Shown here one piece after another: positions 53,561-62,289 of a stretch of 62,289 bases of DNA. The notes beneath the pieces were generated by a model. It was not told where the DNA came from. It ran no database searches and was given only the letters and a program-made list of their open reading frames with translations. The DNA is from an uncultured Syntrophomonadaceae bacterium (GTDB lineage: Bacteria > Bacillota > Dethiobacteria > DTU022): assembly GCA_964463285.1 (NCBI GenBank), contig CAYXBB010000001.1, positions 1 through 62,289 of the forward strand, written 5' to 3'. The translations under genes and the position numbers were made by a program. Within the stretch, counting starts at the first letter, position 1. The number at the start of each line of letters is the position of its first letter.

Positions 53561-54565
53561 TTAGTTTTCCAGGGCCACTGCATGGGCGATTGTCGGAATG
53601 CTATTGCCCTGCAAAATGGTTGTGGTACTATGCAGGGCCCCGGTAGCTACCAGGAGCACCCGGTTGAGTTCGCCTTCCAGCATGCGTCGATAGATATGCC
53701 CCAGAGCCACCACTGCCAGGCAGGCACAGCCGCTGCCCCCGGCACCCACCTGCTGCCGATCAAGATTATAAATCATCGTCCCGCAATCGTTGTAACCAGG
53801 AAGAGCATAGCCCTGGCGAGAAAGGATCTCTGTAAAAACCTGCCGGCCCGCCTTTCCCAAATCTCCGGTCAAGATAAGATCATAATAAGCAGGATCCCTT
53901 TGCAGCTCCTGTAGGTGGGCGACTACAGTGGATGCTGCTGCGGGAGCCATCGCCACCCCCAGGGCCCAAGGATCTTTTAACCCCAGATCCGCCACCTTAC
54001 CGGTAGTAATGGCGGTAACTTTGGGCCCGGCTCCCTGGCGGCTGATGATCCCGGCTCCCGCACCGGTAACCGTCCACTGGGCGTGAGGAGGTCGTTTAAA
54101 ACCATATTCCGTGGGGTAACGGTACTGTCGCTCGGCGCTGCAATTATGACTGGAGGTACCCGCCAGTATATTTTGAGCCACCCCGTAAGACACCAGCAAT
54201 GCTCCCAAAATGAGGGCAAGATTAAGGGTGGAGCAGGCTCCGGAAACCCCCAAGAATGGCATGGCCAATTTCAGAGCACAAAATCCGGAACTAGTTATCT
54301 GGTTTAACAGATCCCCGGCTATAAAATAATCAATATCCTCCCGGCTGATCTTGCCCTTCTTAAGGGCCAGAACACAACATTCTTCCAGCATCTTTAGTTC
54401 CGCGGCCTCATAACTTTTTTCTCCGGCGAAAATTCGATCGTAAATCCGATCAACATCAAAGGCCAGGGGTCCCTGGCCTTCTTTTGGTCCCACCACCGTG
54501 GCGGTGGCACTCAGGTAAGGTGGCGGGTTAAGCAAAACGCTCTGTGATCCAACTTTCTGGCTCAT
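53561..54565 (-). CDS. spoVAD: Stage V sporulation protein AD (dipicolinate binding)
   Basis: VGPKEGQGPL, GDLLNQ, GACST, ERQYRYPTEYG, GGSGCAC, IPTIAHAV. Confidence 0.96.
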   Translation of the reverse strand: MSQKVGSQSVLLNPPPYLSATATVVGPKEGQGPLAFDVDRIYDRIFAGEKSYEAAELKMLEECCVLALKKGKISREDIDYFIAGDLLNQITSSGFCALKLAMPFLGVSGACSTLNLALILGALLVSYGVAQNILAGTSSHNCSAERQYRYPTEYGFKRPPHAQWTVTGAGAGIISRQGAGPKVTAITTGKVADLGLKDPWALGVAMAPAAASTVVAHLQELQRDPAYYDLILTGDLGKAGRQVFTEILSRQGYALPGYNDCGTMIYNLDRQQVGAGGSGCACLAVVALGHIYRRMLEGELNRVLLVATGALHSTTTILQGNSIPTIAHAVALEN

Positions 54566-54596
54566 CTTCTGCTCCTATGAACGGCTGCTGCTTTTT

Positions 54597-55055
54597 TTAA
54601 AATAACAACGCCCTAACAATCCCCACCACGAACGCGGTTATCGCTCCAAATACTATTACTGGGCCCGCCAGCACAAACATTTTTGAGCTAAGCCCGGTCA
54701 CCAGGCCTTCTTTTTTAAATTCCAGGGCCGCCGAAGTCATGGAATTCGCAAAACCGGTTACCGGTACAGCCGATCCGGCTCCGGCAAACCCGGCAATTTT
54801 ATCATACAGTCCCAATCCTGTTAACAACGATCCGATAAATATTACTGTAGATACAGTAGCGTTGGCTGCCTCCTGAGTGGAATAACCGAACCCGGTGTAC
54901 AAATTTTGGATAAACTGCCCGATTAGGCAGATCGCTCCACCGCTAAAAAAGGCGATTATCGAGTTTCGAACTACCGGTGGTTTTGGTGTAGCCTTTTGCG
55001 CTATCTGATCAAACTCCTGTTGGGTTAATTTCAATTCGGAAGGTATTTTTGACAC
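54597..55055 (-). CDS. spoVAC: Stage V sporulation protein AC
   Basis: AFFSGGAICLIGQ, GAGSAVPVTGFANS, AGPVIVFG. Confidence 0.95.
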   Translation of the reverse strand: MSKIPSELKLTQQEFDQIAQKATPKPPVVRNSIIAFFSGGAICLIGQFIQNLYTGFGYSTQEAANATVSTVIFIGSLLTGLGLYDKIAGFAGAGSAVPVTGFANSMTSAALEFKKEGLVTGLSSKMFVLAGPVIVFGAITAFVVGIVRALLF

Positions 55056-55165
55056 CGGGGCACTCTCCTGACATTGGGTGAAAAATTATAACTCCCCTGA
55101 TTTTAACAAGGGAGACGCGGCCGGGTTTCCAGGTCCCTCCACTTTCCGCCTCCCCCCTCTTTCCT

Positions 55166-55249
55166 CCTGCTTCCTGCTTCCTGCTTCTTGCGTCCTGCCT
55201 CCTGCTTCTTGCGTCCTGCCTCCTGCTTCTTGCGTCCTGTCTCCTGCTT
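55166..55249. repeat. Tandem array of 12 heptamers with a 21-bp higher-order period
   Basis: (CCTGCTT)3, then CTTGCGT-CCTGCCT-CCTGCTT twice, then CTTGCGT-CCTGTCT-CCTGCTT. Confidence 0.92.
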
Positions 55250-55460
55250 AGCGCTCTTCCCGGACCCCAAACGCCAGCTTTAAGTTAACCTTGTATTCGA
55301 GGATCTCCCCTCCATCCAAGTTGGCGGTAAAGTTTGCTACCTCCACTCCGGTAAGGTTATCCAGAGTTTTACTGGCTTCCAGTACCGCTTTTCTCACGGC
55401 ATCATCCCAGCTGATTTCCGATTCTCCAACCAGTTCAATTACCTTGGCTATGGTGGACAT
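55248..55460 (-). CDS. Dodecin-family flavin-binding protein
   Basis: KVIELVGESEISWDDAV...EYKVNLKLAF; RBS GGAGG. Confidence 0.9.
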   Translation of the reverse strand: MSTIAKVIELVGESEISWDDAVRKAVLEASKTLDNLTGVEVANFTANLDGGEILEYKVNLKLAFGVREER

Positions 55461-55638
55461 TGCCGGTTCCTCCATTATCAATTAGTTTGATTGCTACCCC
55501 CTGCACAGGACGGGAGCGCAGTGGAGGCGCAGGGATCCGGTCAAACCATAGAAAGTAGGCCAGAACTCCCGATATGGAAAGTATCAGCAGTATAACAATA
55601 ACCGCCGGCACTATTTGCACCTTGCCTTCCGTAAACAT
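55435..55638 (-). CDS. Small hypothetical membrane protein (67 aa)
   Basis: G-rich RBS, single TM helix, directly behind the sigma-G promoter; 26-nt overlap with dodecin. Confidence 0.5.
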   Translation of the reverse strand: MFTEGKVQIVPAVIVILLILSISGVLAYFLWFDRIPAPPLRSRPVQGVAIKLIDNGGTGNVHHSQGN

Positions 55639-55668
55639 GCCTACCCCCCCGTGAGGTTATAGCGGTTT

Positions 55669-55698
55669 TAGTATGTAGTAAAGATATCTTTTCTATAC
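55669..55698 (-). promoter_or_regulatory. Sigma-G promoter
   Basis: GTATA-N18-CATACTA, essentially consensus. Confidence 0.8.
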
Positions 55699-55704
55699 CT
55701 CGGT

Positions 55705-56397
55705 CTAAATCTCTAAATATCGCCTGAGCTTTCCCAAAATCCTTTTTTCCAATCGGGATACCTGCCGCTGGGTCAAGGAAAGCCGTTCGGCGGTTTCTTT
55801 CTGGGTTTTCTCCTGAAAAAACCGGGATTTTATTAAAGCCCGCTCCAGGGGAGCCAGCCTGGATATGCCTTCATGGAGGCTGATCCGATCTACGAGTGCA
55901 GTTTCCTCGGATAGCTCCGCTGATAACGGAAGTATATCCTCCGAAAGCGGAACTACCGGTTGGGCGGCTTCCAGAATCAGCGCCATCTCTTCCGGAGAAA
56001 ATCCGGTCTCTTCAGCCAGTTCCGAGAGCGACGGAGAGCGGCCCAACTGCTGGCTTAATATTAAGCGGTGCCTTTCCACGGTTAGCCACTGTTCCCGCAA
56101 ACGCCGGCTAACCTTTATCGGCCCCAGATGAGAACGCCGGTACTGTTTTATCTCCCCCTGGATCCAGTAAACCGCATAAGTAGTAAATAAGGTAGGAGAG
56201 TTAACATCAAACCGGGCAGCGGCCTTTAACAGGCCTATTATACCCACCTGGTAAAGATCCTCCCGTTCAAAGGGTGGAGCCAGCCTGGCAGCAAAAGCCA
56301 TTACCAAAGGGCTTAACAGTTCCACCAGCTCTTTGCTGGCCCCTTCTTCCCCCCACTGCACCCGGGTCACCAGGGCCCTAATCTGTTCCCCGTTCAT
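55705..56397 (-). CDS. sigF: RNA polymerase sporulation sigma factor F (divergent)
   Basis: EDLYQVGIIGLLKA, FTTYAV, QVSRLEKRIL; third gene of spoIIA. Confidence 0.85.
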   Translation of the reverse strand: MNGEQIRALVTRVQWGEEGASKELVELLSPLVMAFAARLAPPFEREDLYQVGIIGLLKAAARFDVNSPTLFTTYAVYWIQGEIKQYRRSHLGPIKVSRRLREQWLTVERHRLILSQQLGRSPSLSELAEETGFSPEEMALILEAAQPVVPLSEDILPLSAELSEETALVDRISLHEGISRLAPLERALIKSRFFQEKTQKETAERLSLTQRQVSRLEKRILGKLRRYLEI

Positions 56398-56398
56398 G

Positions 56399-56851
56399 TC
56401 AATCCGACTCTGATAGAAAATCCCGGGAGCGAACATGCTTGACCAGGGTTACCGTGGTTCCCCGTCCCATTTCTGTTTGGACATTCATTTCATCCATAAA
56501 ATTTTCCATGATGGTGAAACCCATTCCCGAGCGTTCCAATTCAGGCTTGCTGGTATAAAATGGCTGGCGGGCTTGCTCTAAATTCTCTATGCCCACTCCA
56601 AAATCAGTAATCTCTACAGTTAATTTTTTTCCTTCCAGAAAAGCGGTAATTACAATTATCCCTACCCGATCCTCATAAGCATGAATTATGGCATTGGTTA
56701 CCGCCTCGGAAACAGCAGTTTTTAAGTCGCTGATCTCCTCCAGGGTGGGATCCAGACGGGAAGCAAACGCCGCCACCACCACCCTGGCAAAAGCCTCATT
56801 TTCTGAACGGCTGGGTATTTCCAATTTCATGAATGAACCCGATGCGATCAC
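56399..56851 (-). CDS. spoIIAB: Anti-sigma F factor
   Basis: [41 protein letters not shown]. Confidence 0.97.
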   Translation of the reverse strand: MIASGSFMKLEIPSRSENEAFARVVVAAFASRLDPTLEEISDLKTAVSEAVTNAIIHAYEDRVGIIVITAFLEGKKLTVEITDFGVGIENLEQARQPFYTSKPELERSGMGFTIMENFMDEMNVQTEMGRGTTVTLVKHVRSRDFLSESD

Positions 56852-56877
56852 AGGGCAAATCCCCTCCTTGCCGGCGT

Positions 56878-57222
56878 TTACCGGTGGCTGACCGTTTCCA
56901 ACGCCTGTTGTTCACTGCCCAAAAAAGGAATTATTTTGGGCAAGCCCGAAATTTCCAGAACCTTTAGCACTCCCGGCGGGATCAGGCATAGCGCCATCTT
57001 GCCGCCCCGATCTTTTATCAAACGATAGCGACCTAAAATAACCCCTACCCCGGAACTATCCATAAACGAAACATGCTGAAGATTCAAAACCAAATTGCGT
57101 ATTTCCGGATCATTTAACCGGCGATCAATGGTCTGCCGCAGGCCGGTTGCGCGATGATGATCCAGCTCCCCGTTAAACCGCACAATCAAACTGTGGCGGT
57201 CTTGCTTAAACTTAATTTCCAT
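56878..57222 (-). CDS. spoIIAA: Anti-anti-sigma F factor
   Basis: [20 protein letters not shown]. Confidence 0.96.
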   Translation of the reverse strand: MEIKFKQDRHSLIVRFNGELDHHRATGLRQTIDRRLNDPEIRNLVLNLQHVSFMDSSGVGVILGRYRLIKDRGGKMALCLIPPGVLKVLEISGLPKIIPFLGSEQQALETVSHR

Positions 57223-57253
57223 AACATACCTCCCACAACATACCTGGAAAATA

Positions 57254-57280
57254 GTTCTCTACTATTTAGTTATTCCCTGC
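57254..57280 (-). promoter_or_regulatory. Putative sigma-H promoter of spoIIA
   Basis: GCAGGG-N17-GAAC, two deviations from AGGA-N17-GAAT. Confidence 0.45.
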
Positions 57281-57288
57281 AAAAAATA

Positions 57289-57343
57289 AACACGGGGACG
57301 GTTCTCATGTTAAAAAATGAAACATGAGAACCGTCCCCGTGTT
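57289..57343. repeat. Perfect 23-bp inverted repeat of the GGGACGGTTC family
   Basis: AACACGGGGACGGTTCTCATGTT-N9-AACATGAGAACCGTCCCCGTGTT. Confidence 0.9.
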
Positions 57344-57348
57344 AGGGT

Positions 57349-58527
57349 TTAGCGGCCAAATTTCCACCAGTGGCCTAGCATCCTCTGGAAAAGGGTTAGC
57401 AATGAGCAGCGAGAAACTGTCTCGGCAGCCACCAGATCTAACTTGATTTCCTGTTGATCGCCGTAATTTATAATCATCTCACCAATAACTTGGTCTTTTT
57501 CTGCCGGGGCGATAAGTTCTTTGGGCAAGCAGATCTCCTGCCGGTATTCTTCCGACTCTCCTCGGGGCAAAAACAAACTTACTTTATCCGAAGCGATCAC
57601 CTTTACCTGCGGCGGACTTCCTTTTTCCACCGGCAGCTTAGCTATTAGTGCCCCTTTTTCCACCACCGGTACACTTTTATAATGGTTAAACCCGTAATCA
57701 AGTAGTTTAACTGCTGCTTCGTAGCGATCTTCTACCGTGGGAGCATCCAGTACCACTGCTAAAAAGCGGCCGGTGCCCCTTTTGGCAGTGGCAGATATCG
57801 AGTTGCCTGCTTCCTGGGTATAACCGGTTTTTAATCCATCACATCCGGGATAAAATTTAACCAGGCGATTGGTATTGCTTAAAAATACCTCTCCGGATTT
57901 TATCTTGTCTTTCAGATAGTGCTCATCCATCCAGATAGTAACATAGTGGTGTATCCGGGGATATTTTAACAAAGCACAACTTACCGTCGCCACATCGTGG
58001 GCGGTGGTATAGTGATCCGGATGATGCAAACCGTGGCAGTTACAGTAATGAGTCCCGGTTAGTCCAATCTGGCGGGCTTTCTCGTTCATCAGTTTCACAA
58101 ATGCCTCTTCCGAGCCGGCTATATGTTCCGCCACCGCCACCGCCGCATCGTTGGCAGACCCCACCGCCATGCCGGTTATCAACTCTTCCAGGGTGAGCCG
58201 ATCCTGCGGACTTAAAAACAGTTCTGTGCCGCCCATGGAAGAGGCCCGAGCACTAATCTCCACCTGATCCTGCAAGGATACCTTCCCCTGCTCCAACAGT
58301 TCCATAACTATCAGCAAGCTCATGATCTTGGTAATGCTGGCGGGATACAATTTTTGTTGGCTGTTCATCTCCCAGATCAGGGTTCCGCTCTCCACCTCCA
58401 TCAACAGCGCAGCCTCCGCAACTATTTCCTCCGGCAATTCGGTTTCTACAGCCCCTGAGGCCAGGGCAGTTGGCGAAACAAAACAAAGTAAGCCCACCAG
58501 CAGAAGAAGAAATCCGGTGTGTTTCAT
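57349..58527 (-). CDS. dacF: D-alanyl-D-alanine carboxypeptidase DacF
   Basis: PASITK, SANDA, DGLKTG; upstream of spoIIAA. Confidence 0.9.
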   Translation of the reverse strand: MKHTGFLLLLVGLLCFVSPTALASGAVETELPEEIVAEAALLMEVESGTLIWEMNSQQKLYPASITKIMSLLIVMELLEQGKVSLQDQVEISARASSMGGTELFLSPQDRLTLEELITGMAVGSANDAAVAVAEHIAGSEEAFVKLMNEKARQIGLTGTHYCNCHGLHHPDHYTTAHDVATVSCALLKYPRIHHYVTIWMDEHYLKDKIKSGEVFLSNTNRLVKFYPGCDGLKTGYTQEAGNSISATAKRGTGRFLAVVLDAPTVEDRYEAAVKLLDYGFNHYKSVPVVEKGALIAKLPVEKGSPPQVKVIASDKVSLFLPRGESEEYRQEICLPKELIAPAEKDQVIGEMIINYGDQQEIKLDLVAAETVSRCSLLTLFQRMLGHWWKFGR

Positions 58528-58557
58528 ATTGTTTGCCCCCATTCGCATTTTTTATAT

Positions 58558-58587
58558 TATGTTCTCCTACCGATTGGGGTTGCATAC
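58558..58587 (-). promoter_or_regulatory. Sigma-F promoter of dacF
   Basis: GTATG-N15-GGAGAACATA. Confidence 0.55.
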
Positions 58588-58711
58588 CACAAATCCGGGT
58601 AAAGAGGGCCGGGTTTGCCGCCCTGTGCTTATATTTTAAAGAAAAAACAACAGAGTTGGCCGGTCTGACTTCAAACTATTTTTATACAATAAAGGAGTGA
58701 GTGAAAGATTT

Positions 58712-59923
58712 TTAATACGGGGGTAAAAAACTGGATCCCGGGCCCAGGGGAGGAAGCCCCATCCATCCGGCAATGCCCGCAGCCATATCTGCCATGGTGG
58801 ATCTGGTGCCCAGGTTAACCCCTGGCGGAAGGGAAGGACTCCAAACCAACAGGGGGACATATTCCCGGGTGTGATCGGTTCCCGGAAAAGTGGGATCACA
58901 ACCATGATCAGCGGTGATTAGCAGCAGATCACCTGCTTTGATTTGCCGTTTCAACAACGGCATCCAGTTATCAAATTGTTGCAGTGCCCGGGCAAAACCC
59001 TTAACATCGTTACGGTGCCCGTAAAGGGTATCAAAATCACCAAAGGTAGCCCATACTAAACCTTCGGAGAGTTCTCCCATAAGCTTCTGCAGGCTATCAA
59101 ATATCTGTTGGTTATCCTTTCCGGGGCGGTGAACAGTAATCCCCCGGTGATTAAAAATATCGGCCACCTTACCGATAACCCCTACCGGTAGGCCATGCTC
59201 CTTAATTCGATCCAGAATGGTTTCCCCGGGAGGGGGCAGTGAATAATCTTTACGCCGGGAAGTGCGCCGGAAAGCTCCCGGTTCCCCCTCAAAGGGGCGG
59301 GCGATCACCCTTCCCACCGCATGCCGGTGTTGCAGGATCATGCGGGCGGCCCGGCACCAGGAGTACAGCTGCTCAACCGGAATTATCTGTTCATGAGCGG
59401 CAATTTGAAATACGCTGTCAGCGGAGGTGTACACAATCGGATAGCCGGTGTTTAAATGTTTCTGTCCCAGCCGTTCAATGATTTCAGTTCCCGAAGCAAC
59501 CACGTTTCCGAGCACTTTACGCCCCAGGGCCTGCTCAAACTTCCTAATAATATCAGAAGGAAAACCCCCGGGATAAGTCGGAAAAGGCCTGTCCAGCACC
59601 AGCCCGGCCAGCTCCCAATGACCGCTGGTGGTATCCTTTCCCGGAGACCGGGGAGCCATCCGGCCGTAGCACCCATTAATCGCCTTTTCTACCGGCAAAG
59701 CCGGAAGGTCAAGGATCAGGTGCAGGCCCAATCCGTAAAGGTGGGGTAGAGAGAGTTGCTCCCCGGCGGTTATTACCCCACGGAGTGTATTCGCTCCCTG
59801 ATCACCGTAATCGCCGGCATCGGGCGCGGCTCCCGCTCCTGCTCCATCCAAGACCACCACAATGGCCCGGCGACTTTTTTGAACCGGATTATGCTCGGGG
59901 GTGGGTTTTATCATATATTTCAC
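58712..59923 (-). CDS. deoB: Phosphopentomutase
   Basis: VVLDGAGAG, GKDTTSGHWE, YTSADSVFQIAAHE, DTLYGHRND, TADHGCDP, HTREYVP; GTG start after AGGAG. Confidence 0.95.
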   Translation of the reverse strand: MKYMIKPTPEHNPVQKSRRAIVVVLDGAGAGAAPDAGDYGDQGANTLRGVITAGEQLSLPHLYGLGLHLILDLPALPVEKAINGCYGRMAPRSPGKDTTSGHWELAGLVLDRPFPTYPGGFPSDIIRKFEQALGRKVLGNVVASGTEIIERLGQKHLNTGYPIVYTSADSVFQIAAHEQIIPVEQLYSWCRAARMILQHRHAVGRVIARPFEGEPGAFRRTSRRKDYSLPPPGETILDRIKEHGLPVGVIGKVADIFNHRGITVHRPGKDNQQIFDSLQKLMGELSEGLVWATFGDFDTLYGHRNDVKGFARALQQFDNWMPLLKRQIKAGDLLLITADHGCDPTFPGTDHTREYVPLLVWSPSLPPGVNLGTRSTMADMAAGIAGWMGLPPLGPGSSFLPPY

Positions 59924-60776
59924 GAATCTTTCTCCTGGTAATATGGGTATAGATCTGGGTGGTGGAAATATCGGAATGCCCCAGCATCTCCTGCACGGAG
60001 CGCAGATCGGCCCCGTTTTCCAACAGGTGTGTGGCAAAAGAGTGGCGCAAGGTGTGCGGGGTTATTTCTCCGGGTATTCCTGCATGACCGGCATATTTTT
60101 TTAAAATTTTCCAGAAGCCTTGCCTGGTAAGACGCCGGCCATGATGATTTACAAACAGTGATTTTTCGGCGGTGGTTTTAACCTGTTTTACCCGTCCCTG
60201 TTTCAGGTATTGTTGCACACAGCTAATGGCCGTATTTCCCACCGGGACGATCCGCTCTTTCATCCCTTTGCCGCGGCAACGCAAAAAGCCTACCTCATGG
60301 TTAAGATCAGCAGTATTCAGCGAGATCAGTTCCGAAACCCGGATACCGGAAGCATATAAAAGTTCAAGCATCGCTTTATCCCGGAGGCCTTTAACGGTGC
60401 TTACAAGCGGCTGGCTGAGAAGTTGATCCACCTCTTTCAAGGAGAGTACCCGGGGAAGTTTCTTCTCTATCCGGGGCGATTCCAGCTGCAATGCCGGATT
60501 GTCCGGAATTATATTTTCCTGGGCCAAAAAATTAAAAAAAGATCGCAGGGAGGCAACATTACGGGATATGGTAGTGCTGGCATAATTATTTGATTTCAGA
60601 TGGCCTAAATAATTTGCTATTATCGAGCGGTTAACTTTTCCCAGAGAGCGGATCTTGTTCTTGATTAAGAATTGCAGAAACTTCCGGATATCTCGCTGGT
60701 ACGATTCCAGAGTATTTTTGGCCAAGCCTTTCTCCACTGTAAGATAATAGATGAAATTACCAAGAGAAATATCCAT
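59889..60776 (-). CDS. xerD: Tyrosine recombinase XerD
   Basis: RDKAMLELLYASGIRVSEL, KGMKER, HTLRHSFATHLL, LGH, TTQIY. Confidence 0.93.
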   Translation of the reverse strand: MDISLGNFIYYLTVEKGLAKNTLESYQRDIRKFLQFLIKNKIRSLGKVNRSIIANYLGHLKSNNYASTTISRNVASLRSFFNFLAQENIIPDNPALQLESPRIEKKLPRVLSLKEVDQLLSQPLVSTVKGLRDKAMLELLYASGIRVSELISLNTADLNHEVGFLRCRGKGMKERIVPVGNTAISCVQQYLKQGRVKQVKTTAEKSLFVNHHGRRLTRQGFWKILKKYAGHAGIPGEITPHTLRHSFATHLLENGADLRSVQEMLGHSDISTTQIYTHITRRKIREIYDKTHPRA

Positions 60777-60819
60777 CTGCAGAAGCAACCCTCGCTAAAG
60801 TTGGCAAATCTTACTACTT

Positions 60820-60847
60820 ATTCCACAGTATATCCGAAAATTCCTTT
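60820..60847 (-). promoter_or_regulatory. Putative sigma-H promoter upstream of xerD
   Basis: AAAGGA-N18-GAAT; an overlapping TATACT could be a sigma-A -10. Confidence 0.45.
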
Positions 60848-60913
60848 AGAAGTGCGGGCAGTTGCAAATTATTTCATTTCTTATGCTGAGGTTATATAAA
60901 AGGTTCTCTCCAG

Positions 60914-61546
60914 CTATAGATACGGTACCAGCAATTTGAGGAATACCGGAGAGATGTAGGCCTCCACCAGACAGCCGGCCATCATAAGTACTCCCAGCAG
61001 AACAGTAATTGCAGTATAAGGAAACAGGCGTTTGCCGGCAGGATAGGGTTTCCTTTCCAAGTAACCCCTAAATTTAAACCAGGAAAAGGAAAATCCGGTA
61101 ACAGCTATTATAATCAAAACCGGTATGATCAGCAGGCTATGGGGAAGAATGGATCCCAAAGCAAACAACACCCCCCACAGTGCAGATCTTCGGACCAGGA
61201 ATCCCACTGCAAAACCCATGGAAAACCCGCGCCAGCCGATTAAAAACATGGCTACCGGGAAGCCAAACATAAATAAACCGGACAACCAGATCAAAAATAG
61301 GTATTGAAAATTGATCTTTACAGATTGTCCCAATATCGTCCTCCCTTCCGGAGCCTGGCTTTCCAGACAGTCGTTTATAAATTGATTAAAATACTGCAGC
61401 AGTGCCTCATGCTGGCTTCCTTCCAATCCCCTTACCAGAAGCGCTCCAATTAGCACACCGGCGCCAAACAGGGTGACAATAAAAATATATATCCCCATAT
61501 TTTCCTGAAGATATTCCCGGATCTCCTCCTTAATTCCGTGCGTCAT
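60914..61546 (-). CDS. spoIIM: Stage II sporulation protein M
   Basis: Multi-TM, GFSMGFAVG, VEAYISP; nudF-spoIIM-xerD synteny. Confidence 0.88.
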   Translation of the reverse strand: MTHGIKEEIREYLQENMGIYIFIVTLFGAGVLIGALLVRGLEGSQHEALLQYFNQFINDCLESQAPEGRTILGQSVKINFQYLFLIWLSGLFMFGFPVAMFLIGWRGFSMGFAVGFLVRRSALWGVLFALGSILPHSLLIIPVLIIIAVTGFSFSWFKFRGYLERKPYPAGKRLFPYTAITVLLGVLMMAGCLVEAYISPVFLKLLVPYL

Positions 61547-61570
61547 AAGCCCCCCCGCCTTAAATCAGTT

Positions 61571-61601
61571 ATGTTTATGCGAGAGGTTATCGGTTTATAC
61601 C
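61571..61601 (-). promoter_or_regulatory. Sigma-E promoter of spoIIM, overlapping the nudF 3' end
   Basis: GGTATA-N16-CATAAACAT. Confidence 0.6.
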
Positions 61602-62138
61602 CTGGCCGTCAGGGGCGGGGAACGAACACAGGCTCAAGGCGATAATTGTTTTGGCATCTATTATTTCTCCCTGCCGGATCATCTTAATTGCGGTGGATAG
61701 CGATATTTTTACCACCTCTATCTGCTCATGTTCATCCGGGTCGGCTGCCGTTACCTTCAGCCCGGTAGCCTCATACAGGCAAATCAGCTCATTGCAAAAG
61801 CCCGGTGAGGTATAAAACCTGGTCAGCAATTTCCAATCCTTTGCCCTGATCCCGGTTTCCTCGGCCAGCTCCCGGCGGGCACATTCCAGCGGTTCTTCTC
61901 CCGGTTCCAGCTTACCGGCAGGTATCTCCCACAACACCCGCGAGGCGGGATGGCGGTACTGCCTTATTAAAATTACCTGTTCTCCTTCCCGAGCCAATAC
62001 TGCCGCCGCTCCCGGATGTTCCACCACCTCCCACCACATCTTCTTACCTTCCGGAGACTCAAGATGATCCTCGCGCACTGTAATAATTCGCCCTTTAAAT
62101 AGCCGGCTGGAAGCGAGAATTTTTATCTGCGAATCCAT
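61587..62138 (-). CDS. nudF: NUDIX hydrolase (ADP-ribose pyrophosphatase-like)
   Basis: EVVEHPGAA, EIPAGKLEPGEEPLECARRELAEETG, YTSPGF, DAKT. Confidence 0.9.
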   Translation of the reverse strand: MDSQIKILASSRLFKGRIITVREDHLESPEGKKMWWEVVEHPGAAAVLAREGEQVILIRQYRHPASRVLWEIPAGKLEPGEEPLECARRELAEETGIRAKDWKLLTRFYTSPGFCNELICLYEATGLKVTAADPDEHEQIEVVKISLSTAIKMIRQGEIIDAKTIIALSLCSFPAPDGQGINR

Positions 62139-62289
62139 GGCCTATCTCCTCTCCCCTTTGTTCTTTCAAATCTCTTCTTATCTAATTCTTCCTGGGAGAA
62201 ACTTCTTCCTTTAGATTTAACGGATGAAGTAATAAGGTAGCGGGGGTGTCAGGGTGTGATCGTGACCTATTTGTTCTTCGGGCGGGGAT

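Noticed and set aside
59889-60776. Integrase of a mobile element
   Set aside because: Sequence and nudF-spoIIM-xerD-deoB synteny identify the chromosomal XerD
62220-62289. 3' end of an upstream gene (...PEEQIGHDHTLTPPLPYYFIR*)
   Set aside because: Too short to identify or to confirm the frame

Overview
Core-chromosome segment of an anaerobic, endospore-forming Bacillota (Firmicutes; the lineage is inferred from gene content only). About 70 protein genes lie on the minus strand, and three tRNAs (Thr-TGT, Tyr-GTA, Lys-TTT) are the only plus-strand genes. In coordinate order: partial upp; rtcB-surE-mtaD-mtnA-mtnP (RNA ligase plus nucleoside/methylthio salvage); a TPR protein; the tRNA cluster; a permease pair and a wall amidase; an 8-kb metal-cofactor cluster (DtxR, FeoA, FeoB, Mrp/ApbC, two NifB/NifX proteins, two ferredoxin-MinD ATPases, IscU, a DUF5320-like remnant, a Cys-less MOSC protein, DUF364) headed by a near-consensus DtxR operator; a core-MetE-like protein and a tandem HD protein; spoIVA; gpsA-plsY-der-DUF512; the DUF3189/YIEGIA/spoIIP/DUF1614 block; fni, ispH-rpsA, plsC, cmk, aroH; pabC-pabB with a terminator-containing leader; rluB, a GidA-like Cys-motif flavoprotein, spmB, spmA, dacB, gerW, ytfI, scpB, scpA, trpS, a site-2 protease, an internally shortened tRNA nucleotidyltransferase; spoVAF/E/D/C, dodecin, sigF, spoIIAB, spoIIAA, dacF; deoB, xerD, spoIIM, nudF. 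Intergenic DNA carries readable sigma-A/H/F/E/G promoters, a family of GGGACGGTTC/GAACCGTCCC palindromes, a 12-unit heptamer array and a tRNA-Thr-like anticodon hairpin in the tRNA-Tyr leader. No CRISPR array, prophage or intact IS was found. Protein family calls come from motif recognition by eye, not from database searches.
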